DNA of 64,000 nt from Lingula anatina (GCA_051362555.1 CM120641.1:806001-870000); one strand, 5' to 3'; numbered from the stretch's first letter, positions 1-27,594 are shown. Notes: a model not told the origin generated them from the sequence alone. Numbers and translations: made by a program.

Positions 1-1061
1 AGGATGTGTCGCAATATTGACACTTGCCTCGCAGGCTGTTTAATGCCTACGGCCGAGACGTGTGTCAGTTTCTTTAAGTGTCACTTTATGAGGCAGATGT
101 CCCCATAAAGTCTGGTAATTTCTCCTTTTTCATTTTATTTTCACTTCACACCTGCGTGCTACAGAAAAAAAAATGGTGTCCCCTTTTCAGGGTCCAAGCT
201 GTGACACATTCATGACCTCTTGCTGTGAACTCCGCTGTCAAGTTAGAATGTGATTTATTCAGTTTGATTTATTATCTGAATGTAAATTTTTACTACAGTC
301 TAGCAAATATTGAGTTATTAAAAAGCATAATAAATAACATAGTGGTCTTCAGTATAGAATGTTAAATTTGTTTTTGAAGCAAAATCAATATGAAAATCCT
401 AACCATTATGAGAGAGAGCGAACAACACTTAAATGAATTTTGTTACATATTGACGTAATATATGAAATGTGACAGAAATCAGCGTCAGCTGTTGGTGAGA
501 AATGTTTCCTAAGTGTGATAACATGAGCTGGTTTCATGAAATATTGCCTTCAGAGATTTATGACAAGTTTTCTTGCCTAATTTTACAATATTCCAATACA
601 CCATGTGTTGATTATTCACCAAGTTTGTCACATACAGATTTTTGAAAAAATAGTCAATCTTGGTTGGAGGTATGAAGTAATATTTGTTGACAAGGTAGTG
701 TACTTGTTTAGTCATTTTAGTCACAGTGAATAATGTTTATAGTTGATTGTTCCTAGTAATATCTCAGGTCCAGCAATATTTTATATATATGTGCTATTTT
801 CATAGATGTTATGACTACAGTAATATTTGGTCACAGACTTAATGACAGCTAAACACAATCTTTCGTCAGTTGCAATTAGCCTGTAATTAATTGCTAAAAT
901 GTTTTTCTGCCCCCTCCCCACCCCCACCTAACATCTACCCTCTTCTTGGAATCCCCCATTCAATCTGGCAGTATTCCAAAAAGTCAATTTAGAAACCAAA
1001 TCAACCATTTTATATTACTTTATTTTTACTGTCCTGTAGAAGAACTAGTTTAGTATTCTAA

Positions 1062-1287
1062 GGGTGCTTTCCCAGAGATTTAGATCGATCTAAAGATTAA
1101 GTTTTAGATTGACCTAACTCCCTGGGGGTTCACGCTAAATTGCAGTCAGCCGAGCAGGCACCATAGTTAATTACCCCCTTACAGCTTTTAGTAGGCAGGA
1201 CAGACGCTTAAGCCGGCCAAGCTGACAGTAATCTAGTGAGACTCCCCACAGGGATAGATCGATCTAAAAATCTATGGAAATGGGGTG
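1062..1287 (+). mobile_element. PIF/Harbinger-type MITE, family A, copy 1 (226 bp)
   Basis: TAA on both flanks (1059-1061, 1288-1290); imperfect TIRs containing TTTAGATCGATCTA; near-identical inverted copy at 47895-48120. Confidence 0.85.
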
Positions 1288-2356
1288 TAAGCTTGCCGTT
1301 GTGGTGTATGGTGGTGGACTGGCCCTCTTCATTTAACCTCTTTTAGAAATAGTTTCTATGTATGCAGGAACATGTTCCTAATACAGTACAATTAAAAGTC
1401 TTTGTGGGTTTTCTTTGATCACTGATTGCTGAGTTCACACATATATTTCTATAGATTGCTGAGGTGCAGGGAGTAAAATTGATGCCCTTTTTCTTGATCA
1501 AATGTAAATTTTTCAATGTCTAAAAATCAGTGCAGTTTTCAGCTTAGAGTTCTTTTGCAAAACAAGGCTCGGATTCATTATTGCATGATATAGGAAAGTG
1601 CCAGAAAACTGTGCAATTGTGTTAAGTTCGTTGACAAAGACATGGAACATTTGCCTTAAGGTGTGATTGCCAGTAATAGCCATGTTCTTGGAATTAAAAC
1701 AAATCCCCAGAGATCTGGTGTTGTTTCATCAAAGTAAAAGTGGGCAGGAGAATGGACATTATGCCACCTTAACTGAAAAACATTCTTGAAAATATGAACA
1801 TAAAAATTCACCTTCTTGGAATAGCATCCCACAATTAATTGGTGTGATCTTTGAAACTAAAAGCTTTAGATGTACATTTCACGTTGAATTAATGCTGTTT
1901 TTAGAAGGATTACCTTTATGGCCAAATCTAGGTAATGAATGGTGGGTAAATATATCCTTTCCCCTTTATTCTTGTCTATTTCATTAAGGCACCATGATTA
2001 AAAGTTAAGAACTTAATCCTGATGAGTTACTGGTGATTAAGATACTTTCAAGTTTGAAAGCAGTCAAGACACAAAGTTAAGTAGACATGAAAGTCTTCTT
2101 GATTTATCCAGAAATCCTGATATATGGGTATTGATGCCCCAGACACCCATAAATAGCTTTAATTTTTTTTGTTTTTCTTTAAGGATTCACTTTTATCTTG
2201 AGTCAAAACATTAAATATTAAATAAATATCGCTTGTGTGTTGTAAGATAATAATTTACAAAAATAAGAGATAATTTAATGGCTGATGAAACACATTACTA
2301 ATGTTGGTGTAATTCATAGCTGAAGTTTGTAAGTTTATTTATTGTGTTATTTCTAG

Positions 2357-15631
<13,275 letters not shown>

Positions 15632-16590
15632 GGGAATTTAAAGTTGTCAGACATTGAATTTGAAGTTAAGGGATGATTGCCCATGCTAGTAAATCAGATA
15701 CTGAAAGTTATGAATCAAGGAAGATTAGATTTATGAGGTTTAGGGGATGATAATCGCTGAGCGAATGTTACGAAAGTGTTTAGAGGCACTCAGAGCTGGT
15801 GCAGATAAAAAGTCAGTTACACGTCTCATATTGTGAACATTTGTAATTAACGTTAATTAATGCTCCAAATAACTTGATTTCAAAAATTGGAGCAAGAGTA
15901 TGATAAACATTACATCAATCAGTATTACAGAGGATAAGGTAATTTTTTTTCAAAATATTATCTATAACCATTTGATATTTTTCCATGCATGAAAAAAGAT
16001 TGGTCTGATACATACATCAGTAACTGTCTTGAAGGGTAATATGAGCTTTTATATAGTAACTGGTAAAGCTGTATAATCAGTCAGTTGAAACCCATCAATT
16101 TAAAATGATGTGATTAAATTGAAACCAGATACAACATTGTTGAAATAATAACTGAAAAAATTGTTTTTACTGATATCTTGTTTGTGCAGATCTCACATTG
16201 TTATGATGCTTATTGTTAAGTTGTGTGTAAAGCTCTTTGTATTATACAGTATTTCCATATCTAATACCATAAAGTTCTTTATATCCTATATGTTATAATA
16301 ACAGTTGTTTTGTATTTTAATATTCATAAATTATATTAGGACCTAGTCTCGGGAGATTCTAGGACTTGGAAACTAATTTAATTTAATTTAAGTCATTGTT
16401 AGTGATTCTTTAAAAGAATGACTTAATTGCAAAAAATGGCATGGATGAAGCATCTCTTATAAAGCTGAGGTGCTGGTTGAAAATGATTATTTATTATGAT
16501 TTCACTACTTAATGCGGTTTGTAGTGGTAAGTATGATCGGATGTGTAAATAGTTTTACTTTGTATCTGCTCTTTAATGCATTAAAATGAA

Positions 16591-16596
16591 AATAAA
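16591..16596 (+). promoter_or_regulatory. Candidate ALK polyadenylation signal AATAAA
   Basis: AATAAA about 960 nt after the ALK stop, followed by T/GT-rich sequence (ttttttgggtt at about 16618). Confidence 0.4.
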
Positions 16597-17846
16597 AATT
16601 AAATCAAGATCTCATCATTTTTGGGTTCCAGTTTTCTATGTCATTAAATTTTATAATTTGTTATATTAAGCCCATTCTCAAAAACGTTTAATGAAATTAC
16701 TTGGCCAAATATTGTATTTTTCGCGAATTACAGGGTGTGACAGCGAAGTGTGTTGACTGGTTGGAAAATAAGCAAGTCCAGTTTACTTTCGTTTTGAGAA
16801 AACAAGGTTCTACAATACGTTTAATGCGACCCACCACGTCACATTCCAAAGAGTTTGTCATATCAATATTTAGTAGAAATGCAATTATCGAGAGTAAAAT
16901 GATAATAATAATCTGTTTAGCACATTAAAAAAAATTAATAGGTTCTCTAATTGCTTGAATAATAAACATCTACATCTTTCATAAATGATATTTTATATTT
17001 GATTATAGTGTCATAGACATTGTATAAACGTTTGTTTATTTATTTATTAAATTAGGTCCGAATACCATAAATCTTGATTTTGATAAAAGCAGAGAGCTTG
17101 GGCGCTTTTTTATTACTTAATCAATACTGGTGCCATTAAGAAATTATTTGTTGAAGTAAAATCAACACAGTGATTACGAGATTCACTTATTCATATATCA
17201 CACATAGTAAGTCAAAGGAAAAAGGATTTGAAGATTCTGCACCCCCCCCCCCCTCCGAACAGCTTCAAAGCTAAGAAATAAAATTTTCTGCAATTTTTTT
17301 TAAATCTTCAACTAATATAAATATTTTTCTTGAATGTAATTTCCAATCATCAAAGATATTATATTTACAATATTTGAGAGCCAAAAAACCGTATTTTTTT
17401 AGAAAATAATCGTATTGTGAGTCGGATTTCATCAATGTATTGCAATCTTGTCTTTGTTCACAATATCAATAAGTAAAAATCATCGCTCCTTTTTTACGGC
17501 CACAGCAAGCCATAATCATATTAGTGTCCCTTTTCTAAAATATTTTGCCAGCTTCATAAACAATTTAGCAAAAATGATATGAAAGTTGAAACTGAGATAC
17601 TGTTTCGTTTTCAATGGGTTCTTGATTTCTAAGCTTTCGTAACTTCGCTGTTTCGCTTTCTACACCCACGTCAACGTGCTGAGTGAGACAACCTTTCTTT
17701 TCCACAATGGACAAATGTTTATATACCTTTTTCGAAACGAAAAAGCCAAAACTGAGAAGTGAATGTGCAACTACACCGTCCACGTTATCCCTGGGGAGAG
17801 ATCGCAAACATTCCGCAGTGATTTTAAGTCCTGTTAAGATGTTTTA

Positions 17847-18148
17847 CATCGCATTCACAACGAGTTGAGCCAGGCTTTACAAATCCTGGGGACTAAATAT
17901 GGCGGACGTACATGAATGAAAAACCGCCTAATCTTTTAATAGTCTCTCCGCCTCTCACACGCCTCCTCATGTGTCGTCCCAATGGGGCCGAGATTTAATG
18001 ACTGTCCCCCCGCAGGGACGACATGTGGGGAGGCGTGTGAGAGGCGGAGAGACTATTAAAAGATTAAGCGGTATTTCTTTCATGTACGACCGCCATATTT
18101 AGTCCCCAGGATTTGTAAAGCCTGGCTCAACTCGTTGTGAATGCGATC
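17847..18148. mobile_element. Palindromic PIF/Harbinger-type MITE, intergenic (302 bp)
   Basis: Inverted arms of about 130 bp, ATCGCATTCACAACGAGTTGAGCCAGG...CCTGGCTCAACTCGTTGTGAATGCGAT; TTA at 17844-17846 and 18149-18151. Confidence 0.88.
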
Positions 18149-19146
18149 TTATATTGCCGACTGAGAAAAAATATACCTATTCTCCTAAAAAAACATATAT
18201 ATATATATATATATTTCTTCCATCGTATGGTTGCAAAGTTCAGCGCTATAATAAAAATCGTCTGGTTTATTTCCAGAGCATGTTTTAAATCCCCCTCTAC
18301 ATACAACAAATATTGGATAATATGATTATTCAGATTTTTTTACGAAAGTTATGTATTATTATAAGTATCGTAGAAAAAGTGTGCAGGGGCATCGGTGTCG
18401 AAAAGTTCAAACAACGAACCAAACGACCCAGCCTCCAGCTTTCTCAGTAAAAAATAATAATAATAAGAGTTGTTAAATTTAAGATCATCCGATGACAGCT
18501 AGTAATATCCTTTGTGTCTTTCCTCTCTGACGTTATGGTGAACGATACTGGAGGAAATGGCGGATTCTGGTTGAGACATAGTAAACCAGAAAGTGAGTTT
18601 TCTTGTCACATATCATTAACTTTTTACCTGTTTGCTTCCCCTGTGGTTGAGTTTCATAAAGATAATACGGAAAACAAATTTCTAAACGGAACAATTAAAC
18701 GTTATGAAAGGACGGTGGTTTTCAGTTTTGCAACAAAGGTAAATATTTATACCTATTTCTCCGACCTTGTTCTTTACGTGATCACCAGAATTTTCCATTC
18801 TAATTTGTTATTCCACCACGCCATATTTCCTTATAAGGCAAGCTCCCAGAGCTTCGTTTTCTATTAAAAACCTAAAATATAAATTATAATGTGCTTTACA
18901 TCATACTTGGATCGTACCATTAGCTCAGTTCAAGTTTGTTTTACATTGATGGAAAATTACATTTTGATGATGAAATTAACTAATCACATAAAACTTTCGA
19001 TGACTTTTTTCATCCTTTTACCATCCTTGTTTAATACTTTTTTCACACGAAGGCGTAAGCAATTAACATTTCAATATATATCGATATACTGTATAATGGA
19101 AGGTCATGGGAAAAATAAATTTGAAATTTACCATGTCTTTGCCCTC

Positions 19147-19148
19147 AA

Positions 19149-19187
<39 letters not shown>
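19147..19187. repeat. (AATA)n microsatellite
   Basis: Tetranucleotide run. Confidence 0.9.
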
Positions 19188-19475
19188 ACAAACAGATAAA
19201 GTGTAATTCATACACATCAGATTACTCTTACAAAAATCATCGATTACCAGACCGGATTTTTTAAAAACTTCCAAGTGATCTTTCTTTGATAAAAGGATAA
19301 TTTTCACAGAAGTCAACACTTTTAGTGGCGTTTTGCAATTTGATAGCCAAAAAGTTTCTTTAACCCAGTAAATTTTGCCATGTAACGGTTGGTTACATGT
19401 TTAAGTTGTATAAAAATCCCTATATATTGGATCTCTCTCTCTCTCTCTCTCTCTCTCGCTCGCTCGCTATATACG

Positions 19476-19721
19476 CAGTGGCGGATTTAGAAGGGGGGTC
19501 AGGGGGTCCTGATCCCCTCTTTAGTCTCTGATAAAAAAAAAACATACTAATTTTCCCTTTGCCCCTCTTGGAATTAGAATTTTGACTAGCTGATTTATAG
19601 TTCTAAACCGTACCAAATGGCTTAGTTCGCCCTCTAAAACACCAAATTTTTTGGGGGGCCCTTCGGCGGCTTTGCATCTGCGGTTCCCCTCCCCCTTTAA
19701 ATATTCCTGGATCCGCCCCTG
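19476..19721. mobile_element. hAT-like MITE with a 5-bp TSD (ATACG)
   Basis: TIRs CAGTGGCGGAT / ATCCGCCCCTG; ATACG immediately on both sides. Confidence 0.8.
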
Positions 19722-22700
19722 ATACGGTTAAATTTCTGATGCGAGTTTGCTCATGGCTTACTCATGTAGGATAACGTCAGTAATGTACCACTTCTTTAGT
19801 TCAGTTGATTACAAAAACTTGGAAGATATTCTGATGCACGTACCCTGATTGCTGGCCCTGATACTGAGAGAAATTGTGAACATTGCAAATCAAAATTTTA
19901 CACATTGTTGAGTTGGATATGGCTGATTTTTTTCTTTTGGTCTTTTAAAAACTTCCAGCTTCCATCTTGTACAGATATCATGGAGTATGTTTCCTTGAAT
20001 TGTGAAATGTGCTTTTCCTAGATTGTTCATAAGCACAAACAACATCTTAAGATTTCGTTTTTAAAATCATTGAATTGGGCCGACCATGTTCTTCTTGTAA
20101 TATTGGCGTATTTAGTCTTTTTCAAACACATTTCAAAAATAAAATAGAATTCACATAACTGTAGACTACGCTCCGTGATTTTTCTTTTTTTTTTAATCTT
20201 TTTATGGTAGCCATAATTTTCTGAAAAACAAACTAGATTGCCATTTGACGAGAAATGCCGCGTTTTAAGAGAATTTTAAGAGAAATGATATCTAGAAGTC
20301 TCTGTTCATGGAATATACCATAGCGTGTAGAGGTCTGGTCTGCTGGCTGTCTTGGAGAGTCCAATACAACCTTAGTTTGGTGCTTGTTGCCCATGACATC
20401 AATCTGTGTATAGGGGCCAAAAGCTGGACAAGTGTTTATAGTGCTGTAAAACTCTTTACCAGTCCCATTATCACCAGAGTTAGGTTTTAACCTTTTTTTC
20501 ATAGGTTTCGATGTAACGATTAAATTGGAAAAAACGTAAAGAAAATGATCTCATTTTAAAAAAATGTACTTTAAGATTTAACATAATTTTTCGGGTTTTC
20601 TTGTCTCATGATCAAAATTTGGATTTTGGCTGGGATTTTTTAAAATTGTAACCAAGAAAATTATTCTAGGACATATTTATATTGCAATGGGAACGGCATG
20701 GAAAATACTTAACTAAAACATTCAGTAAATTTGTATTCGATCTTTAAAAAGTTAAACGCACTTGTGATTTTACAACTGCGAATCGTGTTCGGGCAATCAG
20801 TCCAGAATACAGCCGTTTGCACGGTGAAACTCCGCTTTGCGTTTGATTGCACTTCGAGATTCACGACGATGGAAAAAAAACAACATCATATCGAATATTA
20901 GTTTAAGCAATGTGCTTTTATTTTTAAGAGATGTTATCACAAAGTGACGCCAGACTCCTGGAATTCTGTTCGACTGCAAAGAAATGACAACTACGCGGCA
21001 GCTGCCAATCACAGCCCGGCTTTAACTTCTGGCCATCCTTCCTCATAGCAGTACATTGTAAATGCATCAACAATATGTACATATACGAACAATGCCTATT
21101 CGTATCTCAAGTATAACATGCAATATGATCAGCGCATGTCCTTTTTTCTTTTCAATATTGATCACAGTTGATTCCTGATTGGTCAGAAGTTCAAACATGC
21201 ATCAAATCACTGGTTTCTGATTGGTCAGAATTTTTTTCTCAAATGTGCATCCAATCGCTGATAACTTAACTTACAGGCAGCGCAAATGCAGGGAAAAGTC
21301 CACTTGGCTCTCATAAGGCAACAGAATAAAGCTCACTGAACAATTATGCAACATAAAAAGAAAATATTCTGACACTATCTCTTCCACAAAAGTACAGTAT
21401 TGGCAATAAAAAGTTGGCAAAAGCGGGTTAACAGCAAAAAAGTCGTTAAAACATTAATACTATTTTCTCTCACACCGTTTAATCAGTTCTGCCTCTCTTG
21501 CTGTTTGTATCCTAAAATAAAATGTTGTTAAAAAGCCACACCAATACACCTCCATAAACATGACAATATAAGAACAATTTAAGCAAATAAAAATAGCCGT
21601 GATAAGTAACAAACGGCGTACTGAAAATGGAAGGCGCAGTCAGAAAAGTTTTACAGGGTGTACTAGAGAATAAACAACACAAAATCTTCCCCACATTTGG
21701 ACGTAAAATTGCATTCCTCAAGGGCTGATTTGTATGATCAGTGTGTAAGTACTATTCTGGCATATGAAAACAAACTCCCATACAAAACCATCCAAGTCTA
21801 CCTAATCACATTCCAAATCCTTTAAACATGGTCACAAAGGTAAATCTTAATACATATGGTCTGGTAGTCAAGGTGGTAACTCTGCAGAAAGTGATACTTA
21901 AGTAGCCAAATAATTAGTACAATGGTTACGGAAGACCGGCACTTTCACAAACGAGTACAAAAAGCCATCTTTTTGTGTCTTATCTTATCATTGTGACCTT
22001 TAGAATATATATATTTACATATATATATACCTGAGCTTAATTCTGTACACAATATAACCATCAATAACATTTGCTATGTTCATTTTTCATTTCATCATGT
22101 ATCCGTTCCTTTTTAATATTAAAAACCAAAGGAGAAAACTTAAGTAGATATTTGATTTTGTTTTCAGTAGAGTTAACTAGAAGACTGTAACCAAAGCCAC
22201 TTATAGAAATTGGTCTATAGGAAACAAAAGTTGACTAGTTCCAGGCTTACAATAAAAAAATAATAATAATAATTCAATGGAAAAAACTATCATGAAACAT
22301 GTAAAAAACGCCAAAGAATACACAGAAGCGATACTTAACATAAAGTGAAAAGGTCTTTGTGAACTTTATCATACTATTTACTTATTAAATGACATGATGC
22401 TACAATGGTGTGAGCATTCTGATATCTATTACTTCACATCACATACCCAGCATTGAGGGGGGAAAATGATTAATGTAAAAACTGAAGGGTAGAAGGGGGG
22501 GGGGGGTGGCATCTCAACTGCCATGCCTTCACTACTCAGCAACTTTATTTTTTAACATTTTAAATAATTCCCAAATCCTTTTTTCTCCTGTGTCTTATAT
22601 TCTGACCTTTCAGTTACCAGATTCAGTAAAATAAAGAACCAAGCTAATAACTGATTTATCTTAATACTGTGCACCTTCTATAACCAAGTTGTCTTCTGAC

Positions 22701-23795
22701 CAAGATAAAATGCAAACATCAACCTCTTAACTCAATAACCAGAAAGAATTAAAACAAGTAAATTAACAAAGCCTTTAAAATAAGTGGCAATTAAGAAATG
22801 TAGCTCGGTGAGTTCACTAAAATCAACAAGTTAAAAAGATTCACATATACAAACTACATTGTACTTGGAACAGCAATTCCTTATTGTTAACAGAGCTCTA
22901 TTGGTTGCCAGGAACTTTCTTTTACAATGTATATACAAAGTAAAAATGAAATGATTTGTCTCAAAAATACCTTCAACTGTAATACTTTACAGCTTTATAC
23001 ACTGTGGCACATAGCCTGCTGTATACAAATGAATTCTAGTTCTGCATAAAATAATGAAAATAAATAAATAAATGGAAAAGATGAACTAAAAGACAAGGAA
23101 ATAGCAATCTCCTGATAATTCTCTTAACACTTCCCTTTTTCTTATATATTCCCAGAAGCGACTCCAAAATTTTTGCACCTCAGTAATTCAGACTCCAGAC
23201 TGGCAGATGTTTGTAAACAACGTACGCAATTCAAAATCCAACATTATTTTCAAAGACACTATGGATTTACGTAATCAAATTATCATGACTGATTTATTCT
23301 GTATCTGAGTCCTTTCCAAAATATTACATGTAAATTTTAACAAAAAGCCTGATAGCCACTGTAAAAGCCTTACAACAATCTCAACAACACAGCATCATCA
23401 TTGTCATCATCATCAACATGTTTTATCTTCAACATAATCATAACTTATCATCAGAACCAGTTCATTGCACAATCCCCATTCTGTGCTTTGTTTTTATACT
23501 AGAACCTGGGTAGCCAACCAGTTCACACCCCCCCAAGTCCTACACTGACACCCAGGTTTACATCTGCCCCACTCCTGAAGTCTTCTCTTCTCACACCGTG
23601 TCTCGCAGTCCTGTACTTGTACTAACATCCCTTTTATGCTTGGGTCCTGCTCGTAAAAAAACCCCTTTGTTTGCATGATAAATCCAAGTACCATCCTTTC
23701 ATTTCAAAGGTTCTTTTTCAAGACTGCTCTGTCTTCCCTGAATCACATTGATGCCCTGTTTGTTGACTGTCCTTTTTAGCAATTGCACTGACCGG

Positions 23796-23918
23796 TGGTT
23801 GCACAATGATCCGGCGTGGTCACACAATGAACGGATGTGATCACACAATGAACCAGCATGGTCACACAATGAACCAGCTTGGTCGCACAATGAACCAGCT
23901 TGGCCGCACAATGAACCA
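23796..23918. repeat. 21-bp tandem repeat, about 6 copies, in the presumptive SPRED 3' UTR
   Basis: GGTC(A/G)CACAATGAACCAGC(A/T)T units. Confidence 0.85.
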
Positions 23919-24445
23919 TGTTAAAAATGGACAGTCTACAAGAGGCCCTACATTAGAACTGGACCATAGCATGCTTGGTCTTTGCATAGCCAAAAGACTC
24001 CTCTGAAAACACAACGTGTGCACACCAGAGATCCTTGTCTCTAGACACATGTACCTCCTTGCCTTGGAGCATTTATTTCTCAACCTTAACATTCCTCAAG
24101 CAGAGCTCCAAGCAGCCCTTTTTCCTCCTTCCTTCTTTCCTTCCTCCCACAGCCTTGCTTGTGGTCAGTATCACAGGTTGTCAATACAGATATGTACAGT
24201 TATCTGCAATAACCTGGCTGCTGTCATATTTGGCACAAGATTCTTGACAAAAGTTGGCTGTTGCCAATGTACACAGCAGACAGAAGTACAGCAGCCCACT
24301 GGCTACCTAGCCGACTGCCTCCCCTCCAACTGTATGGCAATGCCAGCCTCCTTACAGACCAGAAGCCTGCTTGTATTGTATAGAAGCCTGCTTAGGTATG
24401 TCTTCTACTTAGAACAATTCCCTTTGCTTAGCGGACTCTCTGTGG

Positions 24446-25333
24446 TCATTTGGCCTGGTGCCGTCCTCCGCAGCAGCCACACCTGATACCACACCTGTGA
24501 CAGGCACGCAGAGGCAGGTAGCAACACAGACAGGGGACAAAAAAACTGAGAATTGTTAATGTTATCCACTTAAGACAGCACTTATCTTCAGAAGTGTCAC
24601 AGGCACACACATGTCCATAGCGACCGTCTTCGTCGGCATAACAGTGATAAAGGACCGCCTCAGCACAGCAAAGGCAGCTGACTTTCTCGATAATATTATG
24701 GACCCTATCTGGGGCCTCCTTACAGCTCCCTGGGGTGTTGGACTGTTCATCAAAGCTTAAATTGCAGTACTGGCAGCAAACATGCCTTTGGAGCAGGTAA
24801 TCTGATTTCCCAGAGTCTTTATGCTTCTTTTTCTTTTTGGTTGGAAGTGGCAGTGGTGCCATGTTACTACTTGATGTCAAATTATTCTTTTTTATGCTAG
24901 AAAGCGAGTCCTTTCTTTCCTTTTTGGAGTCTATATTTGGGTACTGATAGTCATGAACAGATTGTCTTGGTTTTTGAAACTGCACATAAGAATAACCTAA
25001 GTCTATTCTTTCTCCACTACCATCTTTGTCCTTGTCATCTTTGTGTTCCTTCTTATGGTTTTTAATCCACACCTCCTCCTTTTCTAGCTCAGTCCTTGAA
25101 GAAACATAATTTATTTTTTTCAAATGTTCCACATTACTGCTACTAGATGATGATGTCTGTGTCTGTAGCGGTGGCAGCGGCGGGGGATGGTGCCGCGTGG
25201 GAGACTGATATGCTACATCCTGAGTGGTGATGGGAGAATGAGGCGTAGGACTACTTGTCGTTGTCGAATTCGTACTTGCAGATTGAGCAGATTGTGAGGA
25301 CGAATCTTGGCGGCGAAGTGGAAGGTCTAATGG
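24446..25333 (-). CDS. SPRED: SPRED last coding exon (Sprouty cysteine-rich domain)
   Basis: [23 protein letters not shown]...[12 protein letters not shown]...[16 protein letters not shown] is the typical SPR domain. Confidence 0.95.
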   Translation of the reverse strand, partial: PLDLPLRRQDSSSQSAQSASTNSTTTSSPTPHSPITTQDVAYQSPTRHHPPPLPPLQTQTSSSSSSNVEHLKKINYVSSRTELEKEEVWIKNHKKEHKDDKDKDGSGERIDLGYSYVQFQKPRQSVHDYQYPNIDSKKERKDSLSSIKKNNLTSSSNMAPLPLPTKKKKKHKDSGKSDYLLQRHVCCQYCNLSFDEQSNTPGSCKEAPDRVHNIIEKVSCLCCAEAVLYHCYADEDGRYGHVCACDTSEDKCCLKWITLTILSFFVPCLCCYLPLRACHRCGIRCGCCGGRHQAK

Positions 25334-27552
25334 CTGGAAAAGAATAAAAGTTTTAACCCTTTTTTTTTCTAAGTTAGTTATTAGTACATGTCAACTGCAA
25401 GAACATGTGGAATAATTTTTTGACAATTTCAATTTAAAGACAAACTTTTCATTATGTTACTTTTAAACGACCCCATTTCACATATAAACCAAATATGGTT
25501 GGACATAAATTATGTTTAAGTCAAATTCTGCTAAGGACAATTCTGTTAAGTAAACTTTCAATTAAAATCAGATTGTGATTTTGCTGACATGTGAAGCAAG
25601 TAAAACTTAAAAAATGTAGATATCAGTAATTTTAAAGCCCTTACCATAAACACGTCATCATCTCCCACTTCTAAAGAATTTGATGAGTTGGGCGAACCTG
25701 AAAATTACACATAAAATATGAAGACAAAATATTCACAATTGGCAATTGACAATGAACACAAAACTGAAGAAAATGGAACGGCAAATATATACAGAATTCA
25801 ACGTCTCACCCACAAGATGGAAAAAGAACTGAAAAGAACAGCCAGACTCGCTAAAGCTCAGGCTATAACTACCCCTGTGTACTGACTGTATACATCAGCT
25901 ACCAACTATGGCAACATAGTGTCTTAGAGGAGAGTGCGTGACACAACAGTACACCGCAAAACATGCACGCTCATTTACACAGACACACAAGAAGATGAAC
26001 ACAAACTAAAGACATTCTGTGAACTATCTTCTTCTTCTGAACTTTGAATGTAAACAAAAATTATTCACTTCATACTTGTGCATGTGTTGTGCTGTGTTTT
26101 CTATGAAAGAACAGGATATACTGTCAATAATACACAATAGGAAATAATTTCATTGCATATAATACACAGTCCCTCCCACATCCTCCAATAGTTACTCACC
26201 AGTTGTCAAATATCCAAGAAAGGCAGCACAAAATTACAAAGATAGAAAAAAATCAGACATAAGAACAATTTTTTATCTCATGGACCATTGGTGCTGACCT
26301 AACACTCATCACTATGGTTACTTTGTATGTAAAAACATATCACTATGGTAACTTCTCATATAAAAACACATCACTATGGTTACTTCTCATATAAAAACAA
26401 TCACTATGGTTACTTCTCATGTTAAAACAATCACCAAGGTTACTTCTTATATAAAAACAAACACTATGGCTACTATGCATATAAAAACAATCATATCAAC
26501 TAGACAATAAAAAGAAAATATGAAAAACATTTCGAGAAATCCACTCTACTGCATTTATGTTAAGACAATTTTTTTTTCTTTGCACAGTTTAATCTACATT
26601 ACACTAGTCTTTTCCATGCCACGCTCACTGACATTTACATGGCTATTATAATTATTTCTTTTTCTAAGTAAACATGGACCAATAAGATGGAAAATAAAGA
26701 AAGTCCAACTGGAAAGAGAAAACGAGGCAAATATTTATATAAATCACCTTTCTATTCAGTTCACCATACCAAAAACACTGGCTCAGACTGAGACTGAAAC
26801 TTTACACACCAATCAATTTATTCTGAGGAAAGATCCCCTTTTTCGAACAAATTTGACATTATCACCATTTTATTATCTGTATTATTTTTGTTGTTGTTAT
26901 TATTATTATTGTGTTACTGAATTAAGTAAGGGGATGAGAGGAAGGGTAGAAATTTAAGACCTGAATTTTATTTAACTAGTATTATGACGGTTACTAATTT
27001 CATTATAAGAAAAGATTTGTATATGCCCTTAAATAATAACTTCAACAAGATGTTCAACAAAGCCTTCATCATAATGGCATGTTTAACCTATCAACTCACT
27101 GCACTAACAGCAAGTTAATTAATCTCAAATAAGAACTGTACTTCTTGATTCCAGTCTGCAAGATAAAAAAGCCATCATTGTACGAGTGAAGAAGATGCCT
27201 TCAATATGAACACTCCAGTACAAGCAAGGTGGGAGGAGAGGCGCCGGAAATATTACTTATTGAACATGTATGATATCACCATTTGCCGCCCACACAGCCT
27301 CTATCCTGTACTGCCTAATTGGTTGGGCTAGGAACCAGAGACAATGATCATTAGCAGCTTCCTGGAGAATCCAGGACATTAGCACACAACTGGTCAATGG
27401 TGATTTCCAGGAAATAAGTGGCAGGTTAAGCCACTCCCTTTTGGTATCTTAACAACTACTTCACACTGGCAGTTGATGGAAATGACAAGGCTTAGGGCAC
27501 GTGGGGCAGAACATTTGTGTTACTGAGATGATTAACAGAAATGGAATTGATG

Positions 27553-27594
<42 letters not shown>

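Noticed and set aside
16650-21100. Hidden gene or autonomous transposon in the ALK-SPRED intergenic region
   Set aside because: No long ORF, consistent exon chain or transposase motif; only MITEs and CpG-containing probable TE remnants that I cannot classify.
23494-24486. Cluster of ORFs, including the 156-aa ORF 24016-24486 and repeat-containing ORFs
   Set aside because: They lie in or antisense to the SPRED 3' UTR, are partly driven by the 21-bp repeat, and show no recognisable domain.
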